NCBI GenBank assembly: GCA_043798775.1
Contig: JAZDOL010000052.1
Location: 1 to 31,582 of the forward strand
Source of the DNA: a bacterium
Lineage (GTDB): Bacteria; Patescibacteriota; Minisyncoccia; Minisyncoccales; GWA2-46-15
Reading direction: 5' to 3'
Length of the DNA: 31,582 bases
Shown piece by piece: positions 15,631 through 24,401 of this stretch (position 1 is the first letter of the stretch; each line of letters starts with the position of its first letter). Made by a program: the position numbers and the translations under genes. A model generated the notes under the pieces. That model worked only from the letters and a program-made list of their open reading frames with translations, had not been told where the DNA came from and searched no databases.

Positions 15631-16368
15631 ATGTTTAAAAGTCAGCGAGCCACAGGCTTAGTAATTGCTTCAATTGACAGGGGGGAAGCCGATCGCTTTC
15701 TAACGGTGTATTCTAGAGAATTTGGAAAAATTAAAATTATTGCCAAATCGGTCAGGAAAATTACTTCAAAGTTATATGGCGGTACGGGGCTATTCAATCT
15801 CGTGGAGATCGAGTTCGTTGAAGGGAAGGTATTTCGCACAATGACCGATTACCGAAAGTTAAAGAGCTTCGATCGTATTAAGAGTAATCCCTTAAGAACG
15901 AGAATTGGATATGATATTTGCGAAATAATCGATCTATTAATAGAAAAGGAACAAAAAGATAATCGGATCTGGCCCTTGACAAAACAATCGTTTCAGCTGT
16001 TAGACGAAACCAAAGCCGACAATAATACTTGGTTAATATGTTATCAATATTTTTTCTGGAACTTGATGTCTTTATTGGGGTATAGACCGGACACGGATCG
16101 TTGCTACCTGTGCAAGAAAAAATTGACCCCAAGAGATATGGCTTTCAACCCGGTTAATGGTGGGGTAAAATGCTTTACGTGCCTTAGTCAGGGATACTTT
16201 GAGCACGAAATCAAAGTGAGTACTAGCGCAGTTAAGATTCTTCGCCTTATAATAAAAGGGAGAAGAGATACCCTTCAAAAGATTAAGCCAAATAGTAGGG
16301 TGGAGGAAGAGTTAAAGGGATTATTGGATTCGTTTTTAAAATATCATTTCTCTGTGTCAATAAAATAA
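15631..16368 (+). CDS. recO: DNA repair protein RecO
   Basis: GEADRFLTVYSREFGKI, AKSVRK..SK, and C-terminal CYLC...CFTC zinc site. Confidence 0.92.
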   Translation: MFKSQRATGLVIASIDRGEADRFLTVYSREFGKIKIIAKSVRKITSKLYGGTGLFNLVEIEFVEGKVFRTMTDYRKLKSFDRIKSNPLRTRIGYDICEIIDLLIEKEQKDNRIWPLTKQSFQLLDETKADNNTWLICYQYFFWNLMSLLGYRPDTDRCYLCKKKLTPRDMAFNPVNGGVKCFTCLSQGYFEHEIKVSTSAVKILRLIIKGRRDTLQKIKPNSRVEEELKGLLDSFLKYHFSVSIK

Positions 16369-16378
16369 TATTAGGAAT

Positions 16379-18091
16379 ATGCATTTCAATAAAATCAGAA
16401 AAAAGATAATCACGATATTTGCGATTATTGCCACGATCCTTGCCGTTTTGGCGCTTTGGTATTATCAGAAAAACTCTTTCTCAAAAGAATCTTTGAAGCT
16501 TGAATTGCTCGGGCCAGAGCAAGTAAATCTGACCGATGAAGTAGATTATGTTGTTAAGTATAAGAATAACGGTAACATCCTTTTGGAAAATGTTCGTTTG
16601 GTATTCGAATATCCGAACAACGCTATCTCAACAGAAGACGAAGTTGCGGGAGTCAATAGCGCCGGGAGCGATGAATCGCGAAGAGAAAAAAAGTTAAGCG
16701 ATATTTATCCCGGTGAAGAGCGGTCGTTTTCTTTTAGAGCGCGGCTGATTGGAAAAGAAAATGAGGCGATTGTCGCTAAGGCATGGCTCAGCTACCAACC
16801 TAAGGGTCTGAAGTCGCGCTACGAATCGGCGACAACCTTAACGACAGTGATGAAAAATGTTCCCGTAACATTCGAATTCGACCTGCCATCGCGATTAAAA
16901 CCGGGCAACGAATTTCGGTTTCGCCTCAATTATTTTTCTAATGTTGATTACCCGCTTTCTGATTTACGGATTAAGGTTGATTATCCTAACGGTTTTGATT
17001 ACACGCAAAGCGTCCCTGTGGGACTTGAGAATAACGAGTGGGCGATAAGCGTATTAAATCGCGCCGAAGGGGGGAGGGTCGAGGTGGCGGGGCGCTTACA
17101 GGGAGCGATTAGCGAGGAGAAAAGTTTTCGGGCAACCTTAGGGGTTTGGCATAACGGAAAATTCGTTGCCCTGAAAGAAACGACAAAAGCGGTAGTGATG
17201 ATCGAGCCGATGTTGTATATTACCCAGCAAATTAATGGCAATCCGGGCTACATTGCCAGTCCAGGAGATCAGTTACATTACGAGATATCATATAAAAACA
17301 TCGGCGATAAACCATTAACCGATCTATTTTTGATCTGCCGCTTGGATGGCAAGTTATTCGATTATAATTCTTTAAAATCGGAATTAGGGAAGTTTCAAGC
17401 AGGCGATAACTCGGTTGTGTTTGATTGGCGAAACGTGCCGTCTTTACAATTCTTAAACTCTCAAGAAGAGGGTAGGGTTGAGTTTTGGATTGACTTAAAA
17501 GGCGAATCAAGCTTTATAGAAGGAAGAACGCTTAACCCGTTGGTTAGAAATAAAGTAATCTTGAGTCAGACACAAAATGAGTTTGTTACTCGTGTGAATT
17601 CAAAGATACAGATCATTCAAAGCGGGTTTTTTCAAGATGAAATATTCGGCAATACCGGATCTATCCCTCCCAAGGTTGGCGAAACGACTACCTATACCAT
17701 TACCTGGCGGGTAAAAAATTCATACAACGAAGTAAAAAATGTTCGCGTAAAAGCGCAATTGCCGTTAAGTGTCCGCCTAACTGGGCAAATCTTTCCTACC
17801 GACCAGGCATCTAAGTTTGCCTACGATCCATTGTCGAGAGAAATTGTTTGGGAAGTTGGTAATCTTGAATCGTGGCACGGATACATAAATAGCGCGACTA
17901 ATATATCGTTTCAAGTCGCGCTAAACGCCACCGAAGACCAAAGAGGTCAAATTGTTCCTGTTGTCGGCGAAGCGGTTATAACTGGCGAAGATAGCTGGAC
18001 CGGCCAGATGCTTATAAGCAGGATCGGGTTGATTAATAGCGGTTCCGTTGACGGCAAAGTTGACGATCCCCTGATCGGGCAAATACAATAA
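16379..18091 (+). CDS. Membrane-anchored exported beta-rich (Ig-like/DUF11-like repeat) protein
   Basis: Single N-terminal TM helix after a basic stretch. Repeated Y-x-(V/I)-x-Y-K-N beta motifs (DYVVKYKN, HYEISYKN, TYTITWRVKN). Confidence 0.65.
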   Translation: MHFNKIRKKIITIFAIIATILAVLALWYYQKNSFSKESLKLELLGPEQVNLTDEVDYVVKYKNNGNILLENVRLVFEYPNNAISTEDEVAGVNSAGSDESRREKKLSDIYPGEERSFSFRARLIGKENEAIVAKAWLSYQPKGLKSRYESATTLTTVMKNVPVTFEFDLPSRLKPGNEFRFRLNYFSNVDYPLSDLRIKVDYPNGFDYTQSVPVGLENNEWAISVLNRAEGGRVEVAGRLQGAISEEKSFRATLGVWHNGKFVALKETTKAVVMIEPMLYITQQINGNPGYIASPGDQLHYEISYKNIGDKPLTDLFLICRLDGKLFDYNSLKSELGKFQAGDNSVVFDWRNVPSLQFLNSQEEGRVEFWIDLKGESSFIEGRTLNPLVRNKVILSQTQNEFVTRVNSKIQIIQSGFFQDEIFGNTGSIPPKVGETTTYTITWRVKNSYNEVKNVRVKAQLPLSVRLTGQIFPTDQASKFAYDPLSREIVWEVGNLESWHGYINSATNISFQVALNATEDQRGQIVPVVGEAVITGEDSWTGQMLISRIGLINSGSVDGKVDDPLIGQIQ

Positions 18092-18099
18092 TTAAAAAC

Positions 18100-19458
18100 A
18101 TGGCAAACACAATAGAGAAAATAGTTAATCTGGCAAAAAGAAGGGGATTTGTTTTTCCGTCATCGGAAATATACGGCGGGTTTGCGTCGACGTATGATTA
18201 TGGACCATTAGGAACAATGGTGATTAAGAATATCAAAGATTTATGGTGGAAATATTTTGTCGAAAAACGAGACGACGTGTTCGGAATGGATGGAGCGATA
18301 TTTTGCCATCCGAAAACATGGGAAGCATCCGGACACATATCATCATTTAACGACCCTTTGGTAGAGGATAAAGTAACTCACAAGCGGTATCGCGCCGACC
18401 ATCTGCTCGAAGAAAATCTTAAAATCGAAACATCAAAGATGACTTTTGACGAAATGGCAGAGTTGTTAAGAAAAAACAATATCAAAAGTCCGGACGGGAA
18501 TATTCTCACCGAACTTAAGTCCTTTAATTTGTTAGTGGAGGCAGGGTTGGGAAGTACTAACGAGGAAAAGACAAAAGCATATTTAAGGGGGGAAACTTGC
18601 CAAATCATTTTCTTAGAATACCTCAATATTCTAAGAGCAATGAGGGTAAAAGTTCCTTTTGGAATTGCCCAAATAGGGAAGGCCTTTAGGAATGAAATTA
18701 CCACCAAGGATTTTTTGTACCGAATGCGTGAATTTACGCAAATGGAAATGGAATTTTTCACAAATCCGAAGGAAACAGAAAGATGGTACGAATACTGGAA
18801 ATCTTTTATGCTTGACTGGTTTAGTAGTGAATTGGGAATGCCTAGAGAGAAGTTTCGTTATCGATCTATTCCCAAAGAAGAAATGTCGCATTATGCTAAA
18901 ATCCAGAATGATTTTGAATTTGAATCTTCTTCAGGAAAATGGTTTGAGTTGTCGCCATTAAATCACCGAGGGGATTGGGACTTATCCCGTCATCAAGAAT
19001 TCAGTGGCCAAGATTTCACCTACCACGACGAAGTCGTTGGTGAATCGTATATTCCCAATGTTGTAGAAATTTCAATCGGGCTAGACCGCACCTTTTACGC
19101 GATTATGGACAATGCGTATTCTGAAGAAGGAGATCGTGTTGTCTTGAAGCTTAACCCCAAAATTGCCCCTTATAAGGTAGCGGTGTTTCCGTTATTGGCG
19201 AATAAACCAGAATTGGTAACTTTAGCAAGATCGGTTTACGAGGGATTAAAGGAATATTTTTCCGTTTCATTTGACGATCGCGGCAATATTGGCAAACGTT
19301 ATTACAGTCAAGACGAAATCGGCACTCCTTATTGTATTACCGTTGATTTCGACACTCTTAAAGATAATACCGTAACCGTCCGCGACCGCGACACTACCCG
19401 CCAAGAACGGATTGCTATCGCTAACCTAAAACAGTATATCACCGATAAGCTGAATTAA
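18100..19458 (+). CDS. glyQS: Glycine--tRNA ligase, alpha2 (eukaryote/archaea-like) type
   Basis: KRRGF..S.EIYGG, LRGETCQ, AQIGKAFRNEI, R.REF.QME and DEIGTPYCITVD. Confidence 0.96.
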   Translation: MANTIEKIVNLAKRRGFVFPSSEIYGGFASTYDYGPLGTMVIKNIKDLWWKYFVEKRDDVFGMDGAIFCHPKTWEASGHISSFNDPLVEDKVTHKRYRADHLLEENLKIETSKMTFDEMAELLRKNNIKSPDGNILTELKSFNLLVEAGLGSTNEEKTKAYLRGETCQIIFLEYLNILRAMRVKVPFGIAQIGKAFRNEITTKDFLYRMREFTQMEMEFFTNPKETERWYEYWKSFMLDWFSSELGMPREKFRYRSIPKEEMSHYAKIQNDFEFESSSGKWFELSPLNHRGDWDLSRHQEFSGQDFTYHDEVVGESYIPNVVEISIGLDRTFYAIMDNAYSEEGDRVVLKLNPKIAPYKVAVFPLLANKPELVTLARSVYEGLKEYFSVSFDDRGNIGKRYYSQDEIGTPYCITVDFDTLKDNTVTVRDRDTTRQERIAIANLKQYITDKLN

Positions 19459-19459
19459 A

Positions 19460-20725
19460 ATGTTTAAAAAATATGTAATGAAAAACGGCGTCCGGATTAT
19501 CTTGTCGCCAATAAAAGATAGCCAGGCGGTGACTATTTTAATAATAATTGCCGTGGGGTCGCGATATGAAACAAAAGATATCAATGGTATTTCCCATTTG
19601 CTGGAACACGAATTCTTCAAGGGTACAAAGAAGCGCTCGGATAAGGCGCTGATTATTAAAGAACTCGATGCCGTTGGCGGAATGTATAACGCATTTACCG
19701 GTAAAGAGGTGATGGGTTTTTGGGTGAAAGTTGAAAAATCGCACCTTCGGCTTGCCGTTGATATCCTCTCCGACATGCTGTTTAATTCATCGTTTAAGGC
19801 GTCGGGGATCGTTAAAGAAAAAAAAGTTATTACCGAAGAGATTAATATGCGCGAAGATGACCCGCAGACGCTCATTGGTGATCTCTGGGAGGAGATATTG
19901 TATAAGGGAGAATCGATCGGTTGGCCGATCGCCGGCACTTATAAGTCGCTTAAAAGCATAAGCCGGAAAAATATTATTGATTATTTTAAACAACATTTTA
20001 CCGCCGGAAATATTGTTATTTCTCTGGCTGGCGGAATTGAGGAAAAAAAAGATCTAAAAACGATAGAGGATTCGTTTCGTAATTTCAAAAGCGATAGGAC
20101 TGAAGCCAATCATTCGGAAAGTAAATCGCAAACCACCCCGATAGTATTTATAAGGAATAAAAAAACTGCTCAATCGCACCTTGTTCTCGGAGTAAGAGCA
20201 TTTCCTCTTTCCCACCCCGATCGCTACCCGCTGGCCGTAATTTCTGCCATTTTAGGCAGCGGTTTGAGTTGCCGCTTATTTACCGAGGTAAGAGAGAAGA
20301 GGGGTTTGGCATATTACATTTATACATCTCTTGGTGATTATACGGATCGGGGATATTTAGCGGCGTCGGCCGGCGTTGACAATAAACGGGTCGGCGAAGC
20401 GGTCAAAACAATTCTTAAGGAATTCAAAAAGCTAAAAACAGAAAAGGTGACGCCAAAAGAGCTATCCAAGGCGAAGGATGGAATTCGGGGGAAAATGCTT
20501 TTAAACTTAGAGACATCTGATCAATGGGCTTCGTTTACTGCCGAACAAGAAATTCTTGAAAACAGAATAATGACTATTCGGGAGTTATGCGATAGAATTG
20601 GAGAAGTTAGTCAGCACGATATCTTGCGGGTTGCAAAAACGATATTCGCTCCGGAGAGATTGAACTTGGCAGCGATTGGACCCGATTTAAGCAAGAAGGA
20701 GTTGGAAAAAATATTAATAATTTAA
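19460..20725 (+). CDS. M16 family zinc peptidase
   Basis: GSRYE, inverted zinc motif HLLEH, NAFT, SCRLFTEVREKRGLAY. Confidence 0.93.
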   Translation: MFKKYVMKNGVRIILSPIKDSQAVTILIIIAVGSRYETKDINGISHLLEHEFFKGTKKRSDKALIIKELDAVGGMYNAFTGKEVMGFWVKVEKSHLRLAVDILSDMLFNSSFKASGIVKEKKVITEEINMREDDPQTLIGDLWEEILYKGESIGWPIAGTYKSLKSISRKNIIDYFKQHFTAGNIVISLAGGIEEKKDLKTIEDSFRNFKSDRTEANHSESKSQTTPIVFIRNKKTAQSHLVLGVRAFPLSHPDRYPLAVISAILGSGLSCRLFTEVREKRGLAYYIYTSLGDYTDRGYLAASAGVDNKRVGEAVKTILKEFKKLKTEKVTPKELSKAKDGIRGKMLLNLETSDQWASFTAEQEILENRIMTIRELCDRIGEVSQHDILRVAKTIFAPERLNLAAIGPDLSKKELEKILII

Positions 20726-20740
20726 TTATTACTTAAACAA

Positions 20741-21763
20741 ATGGAATCAAATAAGGGAAATATTTTAGACATATCCGGTAGCGCCATCTTGAAAATTTCG
20801 GCGGCGATTATTGTCTTTTATATCTTGTATCAGATAAGGAGCATTTTGATGTGGTTCCTTTTCGCTTTGGTTATCTCTATTTTGTTTGAACCATTGGTAT
20901 CGTTTCTAACAAGGATGAAAATTCCCCGCGTACTATCGGTGGTATTTGTTTATGTAACTTTCTTTGGCCTGTTAAGTATTATTGCCTACATTACAATTCC
21001 GATGCTGATTAACGAGGTTCAAGAATTTTCGCGGGTTTTGCCTCAATATTTTGAAATCATCGCCCCGCCATTAAAACAATTGGGCTTTACGGCTTTCACT
21101 GATATCGAGTCTGCCCTGGGGGCATTAAACGGCATTTTGAAAAGCGTTGCGGCTAATATCTTAAATATATTATTCCTTGTTTTTGGCGGAATATTTACCA
21201 CGATATTTATTTTAACAACGGCGATATTTATCTCACTTGAGGAAAAGGGGGTGGAGCGAACGCTCGCCCTATTCTTTAAAAAAGAGTATGAGGAACGAGT
21301 GATTGTTTTGTGGAATAGGTGTCAAAAAAAAGTTAGCAGTTGGTTTATGACAAGGGTGATTGCCGGTTTATTTGTTGGTATTCTTTCAACAATTTCTCTT
21401 TTTGTTTTTAACGCTCCCTACCCATTTACGTTGGGGGTTCTGGCAGGAGTTCTTAGTTTTGTGCCAATTGTCGGTGCCTTTGCTACGGGAATTTTATTTT
21501 TTGCGGTGATATCTATCGACAGTATGGCGAAGGCATTATTCGCGATATTGGTTTATACGATTATTCAACAACTGGAAAATAATATTTTAACCCCCATTAT
21601 CTCTAAAAAATTCATCGACCTTTCACCGACCTTGGTCTTAATTTCGATGGCGATTGGCGGCACTTTATGGGGCTTTTTAGGAGCGATATTAGGTGTTCCG
21701 ATTTTAGGGATAACCTATGAGTTTATTAAAGACTACCTAGTGGCAAGAAGAGAAGAATCATAG
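20741..21763 (+). CDS. AI-2E family transporter
   Basis: Multiple TM helices with FVPIVGA, IQQLENNILTP and GFLGAILGVP motifs. Confidence 0.92.
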   Translation: MESNKGNILDISGSAILKISAAIIVFYILYQIRSILMWFLFALVISILFEPLVSFLTRMKIPRVLSVVFVYVTFFGLLSIIAYITIPMLINEVQEFSRVLPQYFEIIAPPLKQLGFTAFTDIESALGALNGILKSVAANILNILFLVFGGIFTTIFILTTAIFISLEEKGVERTLALFFKKEYEERVIVLWNRCQKKVSSWFMTRVIAGLFVGILSTISLFVFNAPYPFTLGVLAGVLSFVPIVGAFATGILFFAVISIDSMAKALFAILVYTIIQQLENNILTPIISKKFIDLSPTLVLISMAIGGTLWGFLGAILGVPILGITYEFIKDYLVARREES

Positions 21764-21908
21764 ATCTTTTTCCGAGATACGATGGCTGAACCCGACGACG
21801 AAAATGTAATTTGTTATGTTATTGGCGCTGCTGGCCGGGAAAAAACATGAAATCCATGCATATTAAACAACCATAATAAACCAACAAAACAAAGAAATTA
21901 AATAAGTT

Positions 21909-21937
21909 TTGCTTTCATTTAATTTTTATCCTATACT
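21909..21937 (+). promoter_or_regulatory. Sigma70 promoter of the DUF5678/protease module
   Basis: TTGCTT (21909-21914), 17-bp spacer, TATACT (21932-21937). Confidence 0.65.
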
Positions 21938-21960
21938 ATAGATATAAACTCAATAATTCT

Positions 21961-22254
21961 ATGACAAACCCGTCCGATAACAATCTATTCAGTCCGGAAA
22001 TTATATCTGAAAGGGGAGAGAAAATTTATCAAGAAAAATTAAAAGATATTCTTGAAAAAGACCATAAAGAAGAATTTGTGGCGATTGAAGTTGAGACCGA
22101 AAAATATTTTTTAGGCAAGTCTCCCGAAGAAGCATTGGAAGTCGCAAAAAAAGAGTTTCCGAACAGAATTTTTCATCTCATTCGCATTGGATACTCCGGA
22201 ATTTATAAAGTGAGCTGGTCTGTCGGAAACAAAAACTATGGATGGATTTTTTAG
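21961..22254 (+). CDS. DUF5678-like small protein
   Basis: LEKDHKEEFVAIEVETEKYFLG...EEALEVAKKEFP. Overlaps the downstream protease, the usual pairing for this family. Confidence 0.65.
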   Translation: MTNPSDNNLFSPEIISERGEKIYQEKLKDILEKDHKEEFVAIEVETEKYFLGKSPEEALEVAKKEFPNRIFHLIRIGYSGIYKVSWSVGNKNYGWIF

Positions 22255-22648
22255 TCAAAACGGACACCCAATTATATCGATTGAGGTTTATGGATTTTCT
22301 AAAGAAGTCACGCAAAAGTTTGACGCAATGTTAGACACTGGTTTTAGCGGATTTCTTTCTTTGCCATTAGTTTATGCTTTCAAAGTCGGTTTGATATTAG
22401 CCAGCACTGCCTCGTTTACTTTGGCGGATGGTTCTACCGATAATACTTTATTGTGTTTTGGAGGAATTAAATTAAACGGAGAAGAACAAGCTGGCTTGAT
22501 CTCGGTTTCAAAAGGAAGTGATATATTGTTGGGCATGGAATTTTTAAGAAAATTTAAGAAAAAATTACACTTGGATTGCGAAAACAATACAGTGAGGTTA
22601 GAAAATACAGAAAAAACAACTACACCAATAATCGTTCCACGGCAATAA
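22238..22648 (+). CDS. Clan AA (retropepsin-like) aspartyl protease
   Basis: AMLDTGFSG catalytic motif and ILLGMEFL C-terminal motif. Confidence 0.88.
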   Translation: MDGFFSQNGHPIISIEVYGFSKEVTQKFDAMLDTGFSGFLSLPLVYAFKVGLILASTASFTLADGSTDNTLLCFGGIKLNGEEQAGLISVSKGSDILLGMEFLRKFKKKLHLDCENNTVRLENTEKTTTPIIVPRQ

Positions 22649-22663
22649 CGAGGAATTAAAACA

Positions 22664-22783
22664 ATGATACATTTCATTATTAAGTTGGTTATCGGTTATC
22701 TTTCTTTTTGTTTTATTGTTTTCGCGGTAGGCGGAATTTGTTTTGGCATAGGAGATTTTTTCGGAGTATACAAAAATAAATAG
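22664..22783 (+). CDS. Small hydrophobic protein (39 aa)
   Basis: MIHFIIKLVIGYLSFCFIVFAVGGICFGIGDFFGVYKNK, preceded by GAGGA. Below the length cutoff of the ORF track. Confidence 0.5.
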   Translation: MIHFIIKLVIGYLSFCFIVFAVGGICFGIGDFFGVYKNK

Positions 22784-22841
22784 AAAGGGTTCATAATAAA
22801 TCATTTTTAATATAGCAGGTATCAGGTAATTTCGTTTTTTT

Positions 22842-22862
22842 AACCGGCAATTGCCGGTTTTT
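22842..22862 (+). terminator. Intrinsic terminator T1
   Basis: Palindrome AACCGGCAATTGCCGGTT followed by a T run. Confidence 0.75.
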
Positions 22863-22879
22863 AGTCGGGAAAATGAAGT

Positions 22880-22907
22880 TTGACATCCGATTAGTTTTTG
22901 TTAAAGT
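22880..22907 (+). promoter_or_regulatory. Sigma70 promoter of hicBA-1, probably leaderless
   Basis: TTGACA (22880-22885), 16-bp spacer, TAAAGT (22902-22907). The ATG is 6 nt downstream. Confidence 0.55.
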
Positions 22908-22913
22908 AAAAAT

Positions 22914-23162
22914 ATGACCAAGGCATTTTTAGCGAGAATTAAAAATAATCGATTTCCGGTTTTCGCAGAAAAAGACGAAGACGGTTTTTATGTGGTTGAA
23001 TGTCCGATCTTTCGTGGTTGTTACACTCAAGGAAAAACATTAGATGAAGCGTTGGTGAATATTAGAGAGGTGATTGAACTTTGTTTAGAAGAGAAAGAAA
23101 ATCGAGTGATTCTAGAATCGTATCGGCCGAAAGAGATTAGTTTACACACCATAACCCTTTGA
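22914..23162 (+). CDS. hicB: HicB family antitoxin (short form)
   Basis: EDGFYVVECPIFRGCYTQGKTLDEALVNIREVIELCL. Confidence 0.92.
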   Translation: MTKAFLARIKNNRFPVFAEKDEDGFYVVECPIFRGCYTQGKTLDEALVNIREVIELCLEEKENRVILESYRPKEISLHTITL

Positions 23163-23395
23163 GTAAATTCGTGTCCAAACTTCCAATTATATCGGCTAAG
23201 TCGGCAATAAAAGTGTTTACGGAAGTTGGCTATCGAGTAGTGAGGCAAAAGGGCAGTCATATCAGATTGTGTCATGATTCAAAAAGACCATTAACCGTCC
23301 CGAATCACAAAATTATTGGCAAGGGTTTGTTAAGAAAACTATTAAGAGACGCCGAGTTATCGGTTGATGAGTTTGTATCTTTGCTCAATAAATAA
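23159..23395 (+). CDS. hicA: HicA family toxin
   Basis: RQKGSHIRL, TVPNH..IGKGLLRKLL. TTGA overlap with hicB. Confidence 0.92.
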   Translation: MSKFVSKLPIISAKSAIKVFTEVGYRVVRQKGSHIRLCHDSKRPLTVPNHKIIGKGLLRKLLRDAELSVDEFVSLLNK

Positions 23396-23399
23396 CTAT

Positions 23400-23663
23400 A
23401 TGGAAAAAGAAGAACTTCGGTTCAAGATATCCCAGTTACGGAATGATAAGATTATTTATGCCGTTGAATCCTGCGCCACGAATTTAATTTGTCTATTTAG
23501 TTTCTTTTTTAGTAATCAATATCTCTCGGACTATGTTAGAAATACTGTCAATATCTTTCTCATCGTAATCGCAGTCGGTTATACTGTTTATATGGGTATC
23601 GGCAATGCTTGTCGTTTGAGAGAGGTGAAAGAACTTGAAGTAAGGCTGGAATCTATCAAATAA
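23400..23663 (+). CDS. Small two-TM membrane protein
   Basis: From ATG 23400: MEKEELRFKISQLRN...; two hydrophobic segments. Confidence 0.6.
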   Translation: MEKEELRFKISQLRNDKIIYAVESCATNLICLFSFFFSNQYLSDYVRNTVNIFLIVIAVGYTVYMGIGNACRLREVKELEVRLESIK

Positions 23664-23697
23664 CATAATAAGACAAGACGTTTGATTTCTTAACGAT

Positions 23698-23720
23698 AAC
23701 CGGCGCTTGAGCCGGTTTTT
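23698..23720 (+). terminator. Intrinsic terminator T2
   Basis: AACCGGC-GCTTGA-GCCGGTT followed by TTT. Confidence 0.75.
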
Positions 23721-23735
23721 GGTTGGAGAATAACT

Positions 23736-23764
23736 TTGACTTTGGTTTCCTGCTCTGTTAGCAT
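23736..23764 (+). promoter_or_regulatory. Sigma70 promoter of hicBA-2
   Basis: TTGACT (23736-23741), 17-bp spacer ending in TGT, TAGCAT (23759-23764). Confidence 0.65.
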
Positions 23765-23786
23765 ATTAATAGGATAATCTAAACCC

Positions 23787-24059
23787 ATGTCAGAATTTAA
23801 ACTATCAGTTTCTATACTCAAGGAAGGTAAGAGGTATATTGCCTATACTCCGACGCTTGATTTGTCTACTTCAGGTAAAACCTACGAAGAGGCAAAAAAA
23901 CGCTTTGAAGAAATAGTGACGATATTTTTTGAAGAGCTTGTAAAAAAAGGAACTCTGGAAGAGGTCTTGCTTGGTTTGGGGTGGAATAAACTTCAGGCCA
24001 AGTGGAATCCGCCAATAGTAGTTTCGCAGGGCATACAGAATATTAAGATTTTCGCTTAA
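23787..24059 (+). CDS. HicB-like antitoxin
   Basis: YIAYTPTLDLSTSGKTYEEAKKRFEEIV, a HicB RNase H-like core. Confidence 0.82.
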   Translation: MSEFKLSVSILKEGKRYIAYTPTLDLSTSGKTYEEAKKRFEEIVTIFFEELVKKGTLEEVLLGLGWNKLQAKWNPPIVVSQGIQNIKIFA

Positions 24060-24074
24060 ATTACTATAGCCCGC

Positions 24075-24296
24075 TTGATGCCAATCAGTTGGAGGAAATT
24101 TGAGAAATTTCTTCTGTTTATTGGTTGTCGGCTGGAAAGGGAAAAAGGCGACCATCGAATTTATTGGCGTGAAGGGTTGAAAAGACCGGTGATCATTCCT
24201 CGTGACAGCGAATTGCCAATATTCGTTATTAGAAATAACTTGCGGGTCTTGAGTATTTCGCCGGAAGAATACCTTGAAATTTTAAGAAGAACTTAA
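24075..24296 (+). CDS. hicA: HicA family toxin
   Basis: FLLFIGCRLEREKGDHRIY, PVIIP...LPIFVIRNNL. The start may be the ATG at 24078. Confidence 0.85.
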   Translation: MMPISWRKFEKFLLFIGCRLEREKGDHRIYWREGLKRPVIIPRDSELPIFVIRNNLRVLSISPEEYLEILRRT

Positions 24297-24316
24297 GTTT
24301 AATATTAATTGATCGA

Positions 24317-24340
24317 AATTGGCGTTCGAGCCGGTTTTTT
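24317..24340 (+). terminator. Intrinsic terminator T3
   Basis: AATTGGC-GTTCGA-GCCGGTT followed by TTTT. Two G-U pairs relative to T2. Confidence 0.7.
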
Positions 24341-24353
24341 GATAAGATAGAAA

Positions 24354-24401
24354 ATGACTAAATACATTTTACATGGCGGTAATTTAAGAAATAACCTATG
24401 A
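24354..24401 (+). pseudogene. 15-codon relic N-terminus MTKYILHGGNLRNNL, ATGA-coupled to the SDR gene
   Basis: Its TGA (24399-24401) overlaps the SDR ATG at 24398. Confidence 0.4.

Noticed and set aside
21909-24340. Integron cassette array
   Set aside because: The hairpins are too short and lack RYYYAAC/GTTRRRY boxes with extrahelical bases. There is no integrase, and they look like terminators.
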